From assembly GCF_002087085.1 (NCBI RefSeq), contig NZ_MWQY01000002.1:248001-312000 (forward strand): 64,000 bases of DNA, written 5' to 3'. Both the position numbers and the translations under genes were made by a program. Of this stretch, positions 47,375 through 57,743 are shown piece by piece (position 1 is the first letter of the stretch; every line of letters begins with the position of its first letter). The notes under the pieces were generated by a model. The model ran no database searches. It was not told the DNA's origin and saw only the letters and a list, made by a program, of their open reading frames with translations.

Positions 47375-48397
47375 CTACTCAGTAGTACCCGCCTGTTCAG
47401 ATTGTATGGCATCCAGTCGAATACATGCAACCATATGCCCCTTTCCTTTATCCACCAGTTCAGGTACACGCTTTTTGCACTCCTCCGCCGCAAATCTGCA
47501 GCGCGTGTGAAATCGGCACCCGGAAGGCGGATCTATTGCATTTGAGACATCTCCTTTCAGAATAATCCTCTTTCTGCTTCGCTCGATGTCGGGGTCAGCT
47601 TCCGGGACTGCAGAAAGCAGGGCCGTGGTGTAGGGATGCAATGGATTATCGAAAATCTCCTTCTTGTCAGCGATCTCCATGAGTTTACCCAGATACATAA
47701 CCGCGACACGATCGCTTATATGCCGTACAACCGCCAGGTCATGGGCAATAAACAGGTAGGTAAGATTATATTTTTCCTGAATGTCCATCAGCAGATTTAT
47801 TATCTGGGCCTGAATGGACACATCGAGAGCAGAAATCGGCTCATCGCATACAATAAACTCAGGATCACTGGCCAGAGCCCTGGCTATACAGATACGCTGT
47901 CGCTGCCCCCCGGAAAACTCGTGGGGATAGCGGTTGGCGACATTCGGACTCAGACCCACATCCCGGATCAGCTGAGCGACTTTTGGCTGGATTTCCTTCT
48001 CTGAGCAGATCTTGTGTACCCGCATGGGTTCTGCCAGGGCTTCACCGATAGTCATACGAGGATTCAAGGTGGAATAAGGGTCCTGAAAGACGATCTGCAC
48101 GTTCTTACGTACGCTCCGGAGTTCCTTTTCCTTGAGTTTGGATAGATCGACTCCGTCATATTCAACTGTTCCGGAGGTAGGCCGATACAGCTGCAGCAGG
48201 GTAAAGCCGGTTGTAGATTTCCCGCAGCCCGACTCACCCACCAGTCCGAGGGTTTCTCCCCGGTAAATATCGAAGGAAACTCCATCTATGGCATGCACGA
48301 TTGCCGATTTTTCACCAAAGGCACCGATTTTGACTGGAAACTCTTTTACCAGGTTTTTAACCCGCATTATCGGCTGTCGGCTTTCTGTTTCAGCCAT
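47375..48397 (-). CDS. Opp/Dpp-type ABC transporter ATP-binding protein
   Basis: GESGCGKST, FSGGQRQR, DEPISALD, CRFHTRC. Confidence 0.95.
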   Translation of the reverse strand: MAETESRQPIMRVKNLVKEFPVKIGAFGEKSAIVHAIDGVSFDIYRGETLGLVGESGCGKSTTGFTLLQLYRPTSGTVEYDGVDLSKLKEKELRSVRKNVQIVFQDPYSTLNPRMTIGEALAEPMRVHKICSEKEIQPKVAQLIRDVGLSPNVANRYPHEFSGGQRQRICIARALASDPEFIVCDEPISALDVSIQAQIINLLMDIQEKYNLTYLFIAHDLAVVRHISDRVAVMYLGKLMEIADKKEIFDNPLHPYTTALLSAVPEADPDIERSRKRIILKGDVSNAIDPPSGCRFHTRCRFAAEECKKRVPELVDKGKGHMVACIRLDAIQSEQAGTTE

Positions 48398-49395
48398 TAC
48401 CGCACCTCCCCGGTTTTAATATCAACCCAGCAGGCAATCCTGTGCCGCGATCCCGACTCCGCCCCGGGGATTATTTCCAGAGGCGGAACCTGTTTCGCGC
48501 AGATCTCCTTTTTGAAGGAACAGCGTGGCGCAAAAGGACAGCCCGTCGGTTTTACAAAAAGATTCGGAGGAGCTCCGCCTATGGAAGGCAGTCGGCTGCC
48601 CGCTTCAGTCTTGAGGCTGGGTATTGATTTCAGGAGTCCCAGGGTGTATGGATGCCGGGGGTCCTTGTAAATATCATCGAGCTTTGCCTCTTCTACAACG
48701 AAACCTGAATACATGACCATTATCCGGTCAACCATTCCGGCAAGGAGGCTGAGGTCATGGGTAATCCAGATAATGGATGTATTCATCTTCTCCCGCAGAT
48801 CCTTGACCAGCTCTACGATCTGGGCCTGTATGGTTACATCCAGTGCCGTCGTTGGTTCATCGGCGATAACCAGGGATGGTTCCCCCAAAAGCGCCATGGC
48901 GATCATAACGCGCTGCCGCATACCGCCGGAAAGCTGATGCGGGTACTCGTAGAGGCGATGCTCGGCGTTGGAAATACCAACCAGTTCAAGGTATTTTGCC
49001 GCTCGTTGCATAGCCTCGGTTTTTTTAATACTTTTATGATACATAAGACCTTCGCAAAGCTGTTTTCCGATTTTCATAAAGGGATTCAGCGATGTCATGG
49101 GATCCTGAAAAATCATCCCCACCTTCGAACCCCGTATTCTGTTCATTTCCGTTGTATTTGCCTTGCTGATATCTTTTCCGTCCAGAACGACACGACCGTT
49201 CGTAATTTCTGCGGACGGGGGGAGCAGTTTAATAAGGCTCATCATGGATACACTCTTGCCGCATCCGGACTCACCGACCACCCCCAGCATCTCTCCCTTA
49301 TCAAGGGTAAAAGAGACACCGTTTACTGCATACACAAAACCGTTTCTGGCTTTAAATCGTGTCTGCAGGTTCTCAACTTCCAGCAGTTTAGCCAC
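48397..49395 (-). CDS. Opp/Dpp-type ABC transporter ATP-binding protein
   Basis: GESGCGKSV, LSGGMRQR, DEPTTALD, CPFAPRC. Confidence 0.95.
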   Translation of the reverse strand: MAKLLEVENLQTRFKARNGFVYAVNGVSFTLDKGEMLGVVGESGCGKSVSMMSLIKLLPPSAEITNGRVVLDGKDISKANTTEMNRIRGSKVGMIFQDPMTSLNPFMKIGKQLCEGLMYHKSIKKTEAMQRAAKYLELVGISNAEHRLYEYPHQLSGGMRQRVMIAMALLGEPSLVIADEPTTALDVTIQAQIVELVKDLREKMNTSIIWITHDLSLLAGMVDRIMVMYSGFVVEEAKLDDIYKDPRHPYTLGLLKSIPSLKTEAGSRLPSIGGAPPNLFVKPTGCPFAPRCSFKKEICAKQVPPLEIIPGAESGSRHRIACWVDIKTGEVR

Positions 49396-49427
49396 TGGTA
49401 TCCCCCTTTCTCTGTCTGATCATTCTG

Positions 49428-50381
49428 TTACTTCCATTGCCGCGGGTTCAGGGCGTCATTCAATCCATCCCCAAGAAAACTGAATGCAATAATTACGACA
49501 GCCAGTACAATGGCGGGAGCAGCCAGAATGTGGGGATATAACTGCCATACCCGCAGTCCATCGGAAATCATGTTTCCCCAGCTTGGTATGGGAGGGCGGA
49601 CACCTACACCGAGGAAGCTGAAGGAGGATTCGAAGACCATGGCCTCTCCCAGTGAGGCACTCACAAACACGATAATCGGTCCAAGGGCATTGGGTACCAC
49701 GTACTTGCGCACGAGCTTTGAGGTAGGAACACCGAGGGCCCTGGCGGCCAGAACGTAATTCTTGTTTCGGATAGACAGAACCTGCCCCCGTATTATACGA
49801 GCAGCCTTGGGCCATTTGATAAGTGCGAGAGAACCGAACACCAGGACAAAATCGGCCCAGATGGTCTGACGGAAGAATTCGTTTCCCGTCAGAAGAAACT
49901 GTGCATCCATCCAGTTTACCAGCCGCGGCTTAAGGGACACGTTGATTACAATAACCAGCAGCAACGAAGGGATCGACATGGTAACGTCGATAAGCCAGCT
50001 TATGAAGGAATCAACCTTCCCGCCGAAATACCCGGCAATTGATCCCATAATCAATCCGATAATCAGACTCAATATGGTCGTTGAAAAAGCCACGATTACT
50101 GCAGTACGAGCACCGTAAATAACCCGACTCAATATATCCCTGCCAAGATCATCGGTACCAAACCAGTGCTGCCACGAAGGAGCCTGATTCCTGGCCTGAA
50201 GGTCCTGGGACAGAAAATCGTAGGGTGTAATATACGGACCGAAGAGTGCAATGAAAAACAGAAGAAAAACGATGGCGAGACCGATTATTGCAAGTTTATT
50301 GGCAACAAGGCGATCAAAAGCATCTTTCAGAAGGTTGTACTGTTTTTCTTCCTGCTCAAGCACAAGAGCTTTATCTTCCAT
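49428..50381 (-). CDS. Opp/Dpp-type ABC transporter permease (OppC-like)
   Basis: HWFGTDDLGRD, YVLAARALG, SWGNMI, GDGLNDALNPR. Confidence 0.95.
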   Translation of the reverse strand: MEDKALVLEQEEKQYNLLKDAFDRLVANKLAIIGLAIVFLLFFIALFGPYITPYDFLSQDLQARNQAPSWQHWFGTDDLGRDILSRVIYGARTAVIVAFSTTILSLIIGLIMGSIAGYFGGKVDSFISWLIDVTMSIPSLLLVIVINVSLKPRLVNWMDAQFLLTGNEFFRQTIWADFVLVFGSLALIKWPKAARIIRGQVLSIRNKNYVLAARALGVPTSKLVRKYVVPNALGPIIVFVSASLGEAMVFESSFSFLGVGVRPPIPSWGNMISDGLRVWQLYPHILAAPAIVLAVVIIAFSFLGDGLNDALNPRQWK

Positions 50382-51337
50382 TACTCATCTCCTGTTTTTT
50401 TGGCGGCAGCCCTGGGATCAAGCAGAGGATAGGCTATATCCACCAGCAGATTCGAAGCCATGACTACGGCGGAAAAAATAAAGACAATAGCCAGGATCAC
50501 CGGATAGTCCGAGGATTTTATTGCAGTTTCTGTCAAACGGCCCAGACCGGGAAGTCCGAATACCTTTTCAATAAGAATGGAGTTGTTCAGGGTCGCAATT
50601 ACCAGGAGCCCGATCTGGCTAACCACGGGGGTCATTACCGGGCGAAGTATATGACGAAAAACCACGATATGCCGCGGAAGGCCCTTGGCCCTGGCGGTGC
50701 GAACGTAATCTTCACTCAGGACTTCCAGTACCCCCGCCCGCGCCTGTCGGATAATCAGGGCCATGGGATTGAGTCCCAGTACAAGGAGCGGCACAATAAC
50801 CTGTGGACTGAAGAGCCCCTCCCAGCCGTAGGGTACATCCATTCCCATAACCAGAACGAGAAAAACAATCAGAAGAGGACCGGCGACAAAGACCGGCACC
50901 CCCCAGACCATAAGAGCGAACCCGACGATTATGTTATCCACCAGTTTATTTTGGTTCAGAGCTGCAATAACTCCGAGAAGTATTCCTATTAATGATAGAA
51001 GAAAGATCGCCGACAGTCCTATCTGAAAGGTTACCGGAACAGCGGCCTTGAGCATCGAGTTTACCGAACGGCCGGAAACCAGGGAGTTTCCGAAATTTCC
51101 GTGTAGAATATTCCAGACATAACCACCGAACTGTACCAGGAAGGGTCGATTAAGGCCGGCGGATTCACGTATGGCTTCAACGCGAGCTTCATCGTAGGCG
51201 ACATCTCCGGGGGCACGAAGAAAAATCAGTTTAATCGGGTCCCCGGCGCCGAAAAAAACAAGGGCGTAAATAAGCAAAAGTATAAACAGCACCGATGGAA
51301 TCCAGCGGAGCAGCCTATTCAATATATAGCGTCCCAT
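50381..51337 (-). CDS. Opp/Dpp-type ABC transporter permease (OppB-like)
   Basis: GNFGNS, DYVRTARAKG, EKVFGLPGLG, DIAYPLLDPR. Confidence 0.95.
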   Translation of the reverse strand: MGRYILNRLLRWIPSVLFILLLIYALVFFGAGDPIKLIFLRAPGDVAYDEARVEAIRESAGLNRPFLVQFGGYVWNILHGNFGNSLVSGRSVNSMLKAAVPVTFQIGLSAIFLLSLIGILLGVIAALNQNKLVDNIIVGFALMVWGVPVFVAGPLLIVFLVLVMGMDVPYGWEGLFSPQVIVPLLVLGLNPMALIIRQARAGVLEVLSEDYVRTARAKGLPRHIVVFRHILRPVMTPVVSQIGLLVIATLNNSILIEKVFGLPGLGRLTETAIKSSDYPVILAIVFIFSAVVMASNLLVDIAYPLLDPRAAAKKTGDE

Positions 51338-51406
51338 TTCAGTTCCTTATACGGGGTTTAATAAAGCACCGGGCTGCCAGGGCAACCCGGTACCATACGG
51401 AGCCTG

Positions 51407-53029
51407 TTACGGCTTCATTGACTCGTCAATACTCACATTCCAGGGCTCGATAACCTGCCAGTCATCGTTCTTGTCGAAGTTCATAACCCAGGGCATGGCC
51501 CATTTGGACATGACATCATAGTAATAGGGAATGTAGTTCCATTCGTCCCGGAAGATCCGCTGAGCTTCCCGGGCAAGTTCGATTCTTGCGGGATCTTTAA
51601 CTCCCTTTCCGGATGCCTCTTCCAGAAGAGAATCAATTTTGGGATTTTTGTATCCCCCCATCTTGACGGTTGCATTTCCCGAACCGGAATAAATAGAACC
51701 CATCAGATAGGAAACGGCATCGGGAACACGGGTCCCGACATCGTCACGAAAGATCTGTACACTTTTCTGGTCGGGACCGGAGTAGGTCTCGATGGCGGGT
51801 TTCATTTCCACGCCCTGAATACCGAGGATGCTTCTCCACTGTTCGGCTATGTACTGCGCTGCCGCTTCATGAGTGGGAGTACTAATTCCTACAAACATGA
51901 TTTTTGGCAGTTTTGCAGCACTGCCGTATTTGGATGCGGCAAGAGCAGCTTTGGCAGCCTCCGGATCAAAGGGATACTCGGGATAATCAGGATCTACACC
52001 GGGAACCTTGTTCAGGATCTGGGTAGCCGGGGTAAAAGGTCCGTCCGGGAAGGCTGCAAGGGCAAGCTCTTCCTTGTTGACCGACATGATCAGTGCCTTG
52101 CGCACGTTGATGTCGTCCATGGGAGGCTTATGCGCATCCAGCCAGAACTGCTGGCCCTTGGCAAGAGGAGGTCCGCCAAGAAAGCCGGGGCCAAGATCCT
52201 GGATAATCGTGGGAGTAATCAGCTCGGTGTGGGCATCCATTTCTCCGCGTTTCAGCATAAGGGTAGCCGTACTTGCGTCGGAAACGGTTTTAATTACGAT
52301 CTTGTCGAGCTTCGGTGCAGGACCAAAGAAGTTGGGATTCGGAACCATCACAATAATTCCCTGATCAAGATCCATGGATTCCGGCATGAAGGGACCGGAT
52401 ACAACTACTCCGTTGTCCGGATGCCACCATTCAGATTTTTCCCGACCGGAAGCATCCTCAGCCTGGGAAATCTTTACCGGAGGAATCAGGGCTGTCGAGA
52501 TCTTCTGATCGAAAATAGGATCGGGAGAAGACAGTGTAACCACAATGGTCTTGGCATCTTTAACAGCAAGCCCGGTCATGTCGTCAGCTTTGCCAAGCTT
52601 TACGTCGTCAAAGCCCTTGACCCCGCTGAGAAAGAGGTCAATTCGGGCATGCTTGGTATCCGGACGGGCACACAGGTTCCAGGTTCCCACAACATCTTCC
52701 ACGGTTATGGCTGAGCCGTCGGAGAAGACCGCATCGGGATTCATTTTCAGTGTCCAGGTTTTGTACGAGGAATCCGACTCTGCGCTGGAAAGAACATAGG
52801 GGGTGATATTCCCGTCCTTGTCGAAGTACATGGGGGCTGCCCACCAGAGGGACTGCCAGCGGGCGGAGTGTCCTCCTCCCTGCAGGGGCGACCAGTTCTG
52901 CTGCAGCACCGGATGGGCAATATTCAGGACCTGCCCTGCTTCTTCAGCAGCGGCATCTCCCTGTCCGCCTGCAAATACAAGACCCGTCAGTGCGAGTCCG
53001 AACAAAAGGATCAAGATACATCTTTTCAT
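51407..53029 (-). CDS. ABC transporter substrate-binding protein, family 5
   Basis: Signal peptide ...VFAGGQGD, FSDGSAITVEDV, SGPF, DINVRKAL. Confidence 0.9.
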   Translation of the reverse strand: MKRCILILLFGLALTGLVFAGGQGDAAAEEAGQVLNIAHPVLQQNWSPLQGGGHSARWQSLWWAAPMYFDKDGNITPYVLSSAESDSSYKTWTLKMNPDAVFSDGSAITVEDVVGTWNLCARPDTKHARIDLFLSGVKGFDDVKLGKADDMTGLAVKDAKTIVVTLSSPDPIFDQKISTALIPPVKISQAEDASGREKSEWWHPDNGVVVSGPFMPESMDLDQGIIVMVPNPNFFGPAPKLDKIVIKTVSDASTATLMLKRGEMDAHTELITPTIIQDLGPGFLGGPPLAKGQQFWLDAHKPPMDDINVRKALIMSVNKEELALAAFPDGPFTPATQILNKVPGVDPDYPEYPFDPEAAKAALAASKYGSAAKLPKIMFVGISTPTHEAAAQYIAEQWRSILGIQGVEMKPAIETYSGPDQKSVQIFRDDVGTRVPDAVSYLMGSIYSGSGNATVKMGGYKNPKIDSLLEEASGKGVKDPARIELAREAQRIFRDEWNYIPYYYDVMSKWAMPWVMNFDKNDDWQVIEPWNVSIDESMKP

Positions 53030-53053
53030 CTTTGTTCTCCTTATTGGATATTT

Positions 53054-53950
53054 TTAAGCATGCCAGGCACGCTCAAGACCAAAATTGTCAATAACCTCGT
53101 TCAATGCCGCATCTACTTCAGTCGATGGAACAAGGGATGGCAGCCGGTTGTTTCCAACCTCCCTGTCAAGCAGGTAGAGGATACGCTTGACCATGGCGGG
53201 GGGATATCCCGGAGCATAGAGGGCTTCCCTGAACCGGTTGACCCTTTCCTGGGCGGCATCGGCCGCTTCGGCGTCGCCCGATTCAAAGCTGTCCGCCACA
53301 TTACGGATCCAGGATGGAATCACATTCGCCAGACCGGATACACATCCGGAAGCACCCTTCCGCAGTCCATAGAGGATAAGTGAATCGGTTCCGGCGTAGA
53401 GTTCAAATCCCGGGTTTTCCGCCACTACCTGGGCCAGAGCATCCAGGCGTTCCTTTTTTCCGCTGGAATCCTTGACTCCCTTTACGTTCGGATGTTTTGC
53501 CAGTCGGGCGACGGTGTCCACATCTATCGAGTTTCCCGTCCGCGCAGGGATCTCGTAAATGAACACGGGAACCGGAAGGGAATCAGCTATCCGCGAGTAA
53601 TGACGGTAGAGCCCTTCCTGGGTACAGGAGATGAAATATGGGGTAATGGCGGCGACGGCCTCAACCCCGATCCGGGCAAACTCCCTGGCCAGGAGAATTG
53701 TTTCGTGGGTTGACGGGCAGCCCGCATTCGCAATCAGCCGGTTTTTCCCCTGCGTAACGGCAGCACAGGATTCCACGACTTTTACCTTTTCATCGAAAGT
53801 AAGGCTGGAAAAATCTCCGTTGGTGCCGCAGGCGAATATGTCGTTTCCGGCTGCTATCTGCCGGCGGGCCTCATCCCTGATCTTTTCGAAATTGACGGAT
53901 TCGTCTTCCCGGAAGGCCGTAACCAGGGCTACAAAGGTCGAAATACTCAT
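53054..53950 (-). CDS. DapA/NAL-family class I aldolase or dehydratase
   Basis: GTNGD, TPYF, IYEIPARTG, Schiff-base KDSS; ATG 53950 behind AAGGAG. Confidence 0.9.
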   Translation of the reverse strand: MSISTFVALVTAFREDESVNFEKIRDEARRQIAAGNDIFACGTNGDFSSLTFDEKVKVVESCAAVTQGKNRLIANAGCPSTHETILLAREFARIGVEAVAAITPYFISCTQEGLYRHYSRIADSLPVPVFIYEIPARTGNSIDVDTVARLAKHPNVKGVKDSSGKKERLDALAQVVAENPGFELYAGTDSLILYGLRKGASGCVSGLANVIPSWIRNVADSFESGDAEAADAAQERVNRFREALYAPGYPPAMVKRILYLLDREVGNNRLPSLVPSTEVDAALNEVIDNFGLERAWHA

Positions 53951-53963
53951 TAACTGTTCTCCT

Positions 53964-55124
53964 TTAACGTATACTCTCATAGAGTGCTTCAATATCTTTA
54001 ATGCTCATCTCTTTCGGATTATTGTTTAAAAGACGTTTGACCTGAAAAGCCGCTTCCGATAGTTCGGGGATTTTATCCGGTTTTATGCCGAACTCGGCCA
54101 TACTGGAGGGGATTTTAATCTCCCGCATCATTTTACGAAGATGCTCGATATATCTGTCCACTGTAGAGGAAGGATCAGCACCTGGTTCAATGCCGACTGT
54201 CCCGGCAACCTTCAGAAGCTTGTCCCGGACCGCGGTCTTGTTGAACTCGATGACCGGTACCAGCAGAATGGCATTGGAAACACCATGGGGAATCCGGTAG
54301 CGGCCGCCCAGGGGGTAGGACAGAGCGTGGACGGCGGTCGTTCCGGAAGAGGCAATGGCCATTCCTCCATAGAAAGATCCCAGCAGCATATCCGCCCGGG
54401 CCTGCATATTATCACCGTTCCTGCAGGCTTCACGGATCGCTCCGTCGATAAGGCGAATCCCCTCCAGCGCGACCATGTCGCTGTGGGGATTGGCTTTGTT
54501 GGAGATATAGCACTCAAGAACATGGCAATAGGCATCAACACCGGTCGATGCAGTAAGTGCAGGAGGAAGGGTTCTGGTCACGGCGGGATCGAGCACCACA
54601 TAATCCGGCATGAAGAAGGGACTGACCACCCCTACCTTGAGCTGTTTTTCCTTTAAAGCGACAATCGCATTGGGTGTCGATTCCGATCCGGTGCCGGCTG
54701 TTGTTGGAACCATAACACAAGGCAGCCCCGCCCCGGGAGCACCGGACTCCATAAGGGTAGCGACGGTACCTCCCCACTTCAGCAGAATCGAAAGAAACTT
54801 GGCGGTATCCAGTACGCTGCCGCCGCCCAGACCGACGATACAGCAGATATTCCTGCTGCCCAGGGATGAGGCCAGGGTCTCGATATCTTCGGAATATGGC
54901 TCCGGAGGAACCGAGTCGGCAAGTTCGGTCCTGAAACCTGCATCTGCAATACTCTTTGCAAGGGATGAGGGAATACCGGTTTTGCCGAAACCGGAATCCG
55001 TCAAGACAAGAACTGTTCCGCTTTTTTCGGGATTCAATATGGAAAGAAGGATTTCCGGAACGCGTTTGAGTTCACCCTCCCCAAAGAATACGTTTTTTGG
55101 AGCTGAAAAAGAAAAGCCTTTCAC
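53964..55124 (-). CDS. Iron-containing alcohol dehydrogenase
   Basis: GLGGGSVLD, PTTAGTGSE, DAYCH, HALSY, IPHG. Confidence 0.93.
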   Translation of the reverse strand: MKGFSFSAPKNVFFGEGELKRVPEILLSILNPEKSGTVLVLTDSGFGKTGIPSSLAKSIADAGFRTELADSVPPEPYSEDIETLASSLGSRNICCIVGLGGGSVLDTAKFLSILLKWGGTVATLMESGAPGAGLPCVMVPTTAGTGSESTPNAIVALKEKQLKVGVVSPFFMPDYVVLDPAVTRTLPPALTASTGVDAYCHVLECYISNKANPHSDMVALEGIRLIDGAIREACRNGDNMQARADMLLGSFYGGMAIASSGTTAVHALSYPLGGRYRIPHGVSNAILLVPVIEFNKTAVRDKLLKVAGTVGIEPGADPSSTVDRYIEHLRKMMREIKIPSSMAEFGIKPDKIPELSEAAFQVKRLLNNNPKEMSIKDIEALYESIR

Positions 55125-55190
55125 GCTGCTTTACCTCACTCTTAGTTAAACTCTGCACTTTTCAGTCAAAGGGACTATATACACACATAG

Positions 55191-55207
55191 TGCAGGTTTA
55201 GTGCCAA
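55191..55207 (-). promoter_or_regulatory. sigma54 (-24/-12) promoter of the Fe-ADH / DapA-like / ABC operon
   Basis: TTGGCAC-TAAAC-CTGCA with GG-N10-GC spacing, in an AT-rich intergenic region about 67 nt upstream of the start. Confidence 0.7.
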
Positions 55208-55444
55208 GTATCCATAATCCCTGAACCCGGATTACCCGATTGATCATATATTTTACATGATGTGCAATGGAGATATATAAAATCTTTCAAGAAAATAAGT
55301 TACGTAGACATACATTCAGCAATGAGGATTGTTGCAGGGGAGGAATTGTAAAGCCGGAAAACGATCTTCAGTGATGAAACATGTAATTGGTGAGGATTTA
55401 TCTATTAGCGGTGATATTCTCTACAGCTTTTACAGCATCATTCT

Positions 55445-55482
55445 AAAAAACCCCTTGAATGAACTGGTATACATTCAAGGGG
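55445..55482 (-). terminator. Intrinsic terminator after tctA
   Basis: CCCCTTGAATG-N10-CATTCAAGGGG with TTTTTT on the minus strand. Confidence 0.85.
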
Positions 55483-55509
55483 CGGCTGTATGCTGATCAG
55501 GTTTGCAGC

Positions 55510-57015
55510 CTACTCGGGCAAAACGGCAATCTCGCGCTTCAGGGTTGCCCGGATGTTAAGGGTAACGGTAACCGCTGTAATGGCAAGAAAAACAAGTGCT
55601 ATTGGCCGTGAGAAGAGAGAAAAAGCATCCATGGCAAACAGCTGAGACGATTTTCTAAGATTCATCTCGAACATGGGCCCGAGTATGAAACCGAGGATCA
55701 TTGGCGTCAACGGAACCCCGGCCTTGATAAGACCGTACCCGACAAGCCCGAACAGGAGGACACCCCAGACGTCGAAAATACTGTTACTGTCGCCGATGGC
55801 ACCGACACAACAAAGAATCACTATCAGAGGAAACAGGTACTGCTTGGGAATTTTCAGGATCCGTATAAATACCCTCATTCCCCCGAACTCGAGAATAAGC
55901 ATGGCTACGGCAGCTATGACCATCGCGACAAAAATGCCATATACCACCGGTCCGTTCCTGTCGAAAATGAGCGGTCCCGGTGCGATATCATGAACCATGA
56001 GACCGCCGAGCAGCATGGCAGTAACTGCATCACCGGGAATTCCCAGGGACAACAGTGGAATCATGGCACCCCCAATACTCGCATTATTCGCCGATTCCGA
56101 TGCCACAACACCATCCATTATACCAGTACCGAACTTGTCCGAATGTTTGGAGCTGTTTTTCGCGACCGTGTACGAAATCATACAGGCCGGACCACCGCCG
56201 ATCCCGGGCAGAATCCCGATACCAACGCCGATCAGGGCTGAACGTATCGTGTTGAACCACTGGGAGAAGAATTCCTTCAAGGAAAAACCGAATCCTCTGA
56301 TTTTGAAATCCTCATTTACTTCCGCTTCGTTATTGTTACGTACCTGTTCTGCATATTTTACCACTTCGGTTATTGCAAAGAGACCGATCAGAAAAACCAG
56401 CAGCTTGAATCCCGCAGTCAGGTTAACAGATCCGAAGGTAAAACGGGCTCTGGAGTCTATCGGCGATAGCCCTATAGTGGCGAACATGCAGCCGAGAATG
56501 GCGCTGATAAGACCTTTTACAATATCATCACCCGTTAATGCTATTACAAGGGAAAGGGAGAAGATTGCCAGCGCACAATATTCATATGCTCCGAATTTCA
56601 GTGCAAAACTCGCAACCTTCGGGGCCATAAACACCAGAATCCCGATTCCGATCAGGGTGCCGAAGAAGGAAAAAACAATTCCTGTACCAAGGGCTTTGCC
56701 GGCCATACCATTCTTCGCCATGGGTGCCCCGTCAAAGCAGGTCGCAACAGACGAAGGTGTACCCGGAATATTGAGCAGAATAGCCGAGATAAGGCCTCCC
56801 GAAATACCGCCTATATACAGGGCCACAAGGGTTGAAATTCCCTGTATGGGGGTCATCGTATAGGTCATGGGAAGAAACATCACTATCGACATCGTGGCAG
56901 TAAGTCCCGGAACAGATCCGAAAACAATACCCACCCCGACTCCGGAAAAAATCAATAACAGGATAAACGGATTGAAGGCGACGTTCGTCAATCCTTCTAT
57001 AAACGCAGAATACAT
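55510..57015 (-). CDS. tctA: Tripartite tricarboxylate transporter large permease
   Basis: GSVPGL, LLNIPGTPSS...DG, ESANNA, LGIPG. Confidence 0.93.
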   Translation of the reverse strand: MYSAFIEGLTNVAFNPFILLLIFSGVGVGIVFGSVPGLTATMSIVMFLPMTYTMTPIQGISTLVALYIGGISGGLISAILLNIPGTPSSVATCFDGAPMAKNGMAGKALGTGIVFSFFGTLIGIGILVFMAPKVASFALKFGAYEYCALAIFSLSLVIALTGDDIVKGLISAILGCMFATIGLSPIDSRARFTFGSVNLTAGFKLLVFLIGLFAITEVVKYAEQVRNNNEAEVNEDFKIRGFGFSLKEFFSQWFNTIRSALIGVGIGILPGIGGGPACMISYTVAKNSSKHSDKFGTGIMDGVVASESANNASIGGAMIPLLSLGIPGDAVTAMLLGGLMVHDIAPGPLIFDRNGPVVYGIFVAMVIAAVAMLILEFGGMRVFIRILKIPKQYLFPLIVILCCVGAIGDSNSIFDVWGVLLFGLVGYGLIKAGVPLTPMILGFILGPMFEMNLRKSSQLFAMDAFSLFSRPIALVFLAITAVTVTLNIRATLKREIAVLPE

Positions 57016-57030
57016 TTGACGTCTCCTCCT

Positions 57031-57537
57031 TTAGAATCCGAGAATGCCCCTGGGCAGAAGAACAGATAACAATCTTACAAAGAGAAAATCGATCACCACA
57101 GAAGAAACGATCGCAATAATCGCTGCGGTCCTGTAATTCCTCTTACCTGGAGGTGTAAGTAATACTGATAAAAAGAAGATAAAAAGAATCGACATTATCG
57201 TGAAACCGACATATCCCAATAAAGCGGTATATACCCCTAGACCGACAAAGGTCAGAATCACTTCGTAATTTCGGTTATAGAAATCTCTTAAGGTCAGTTT
57301 TTCTGTTGAAATATCCATGCCCTCTTTTATAGCAATCCTCCTGCCCCTGAACCCTCGCAATAAGAGACTGAGGCTCAACGCCAGAAGACAGATACCCCAA
57401 AATCTCGGAATGAATGTGGCATCCAGAGGAGTGGCCCCCAATCCAAGAAAAGGCACGATATCAAAAGAAAAATACAGATAGAGTACAGAAAAAATGGACA
57501 AGGAACTGCCTGCCACAATGTTGGTTCGATAGGTCAA
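57031..57537 (-). CDS. tctB: Tripartite tricarboxylate transporter small subunit
   Basis: 4-5 TM helices, FIPR, C-terminal L.V.LPRG; TTG start behind AAGGAGG. Confidence 0.85.
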   Translation of the reverse strand: MTYRTNIVAGSSLSIFSVLYLYFSFDIVPFLGLGATPLDATFIPRFWGICLLALSLSLLLRGFRGRRIAIKEGMDISTEKLTLRDFYNRNYEVILTFVGLGVYTALLGYVGFTIMSILFIFFLSVLLTPPGKRNYRTAAIIAIVSSVVIDFLFVRLLSVLLPRGILGF

Positions 57538-57588
57538 AACCTTCCTCCTTATGGATTTGAACTCACATAAAACCCGTACCGGTTCTCC

Positions 57589-57739
57589 AGGGCATCTCCA
57601 AAAACTACTCTTTTTCCCATTTTCAGGGTCGTCAAGATTTCCCGCGGTCCTCAACTCATGTTATCACAAGAATTTGCGGTCCTTACAAAATCTTTCTTTC
57701 CTGACTATGAAAAAACTACCACGTTCTTAGAGCTTCCCT
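57589..57739. mobile_element. 151-bp MITE/REP-like element forming a long imperfect hairpin
   Basis: Ends AGGGCATCTCCAAAAAC / GTTCTTAGAGCTTCCCT, nested inverted segments, related short copy at 12375..12414. Confidence 0.6.
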
Positions 57740-57743
57740 CTAT

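Noticed and set aside
53054..53950. True dapA (lysine biosynthesis)
   Set aside because: GTNGD rather than GTTGE, a catabolic context and no dapB nearby.
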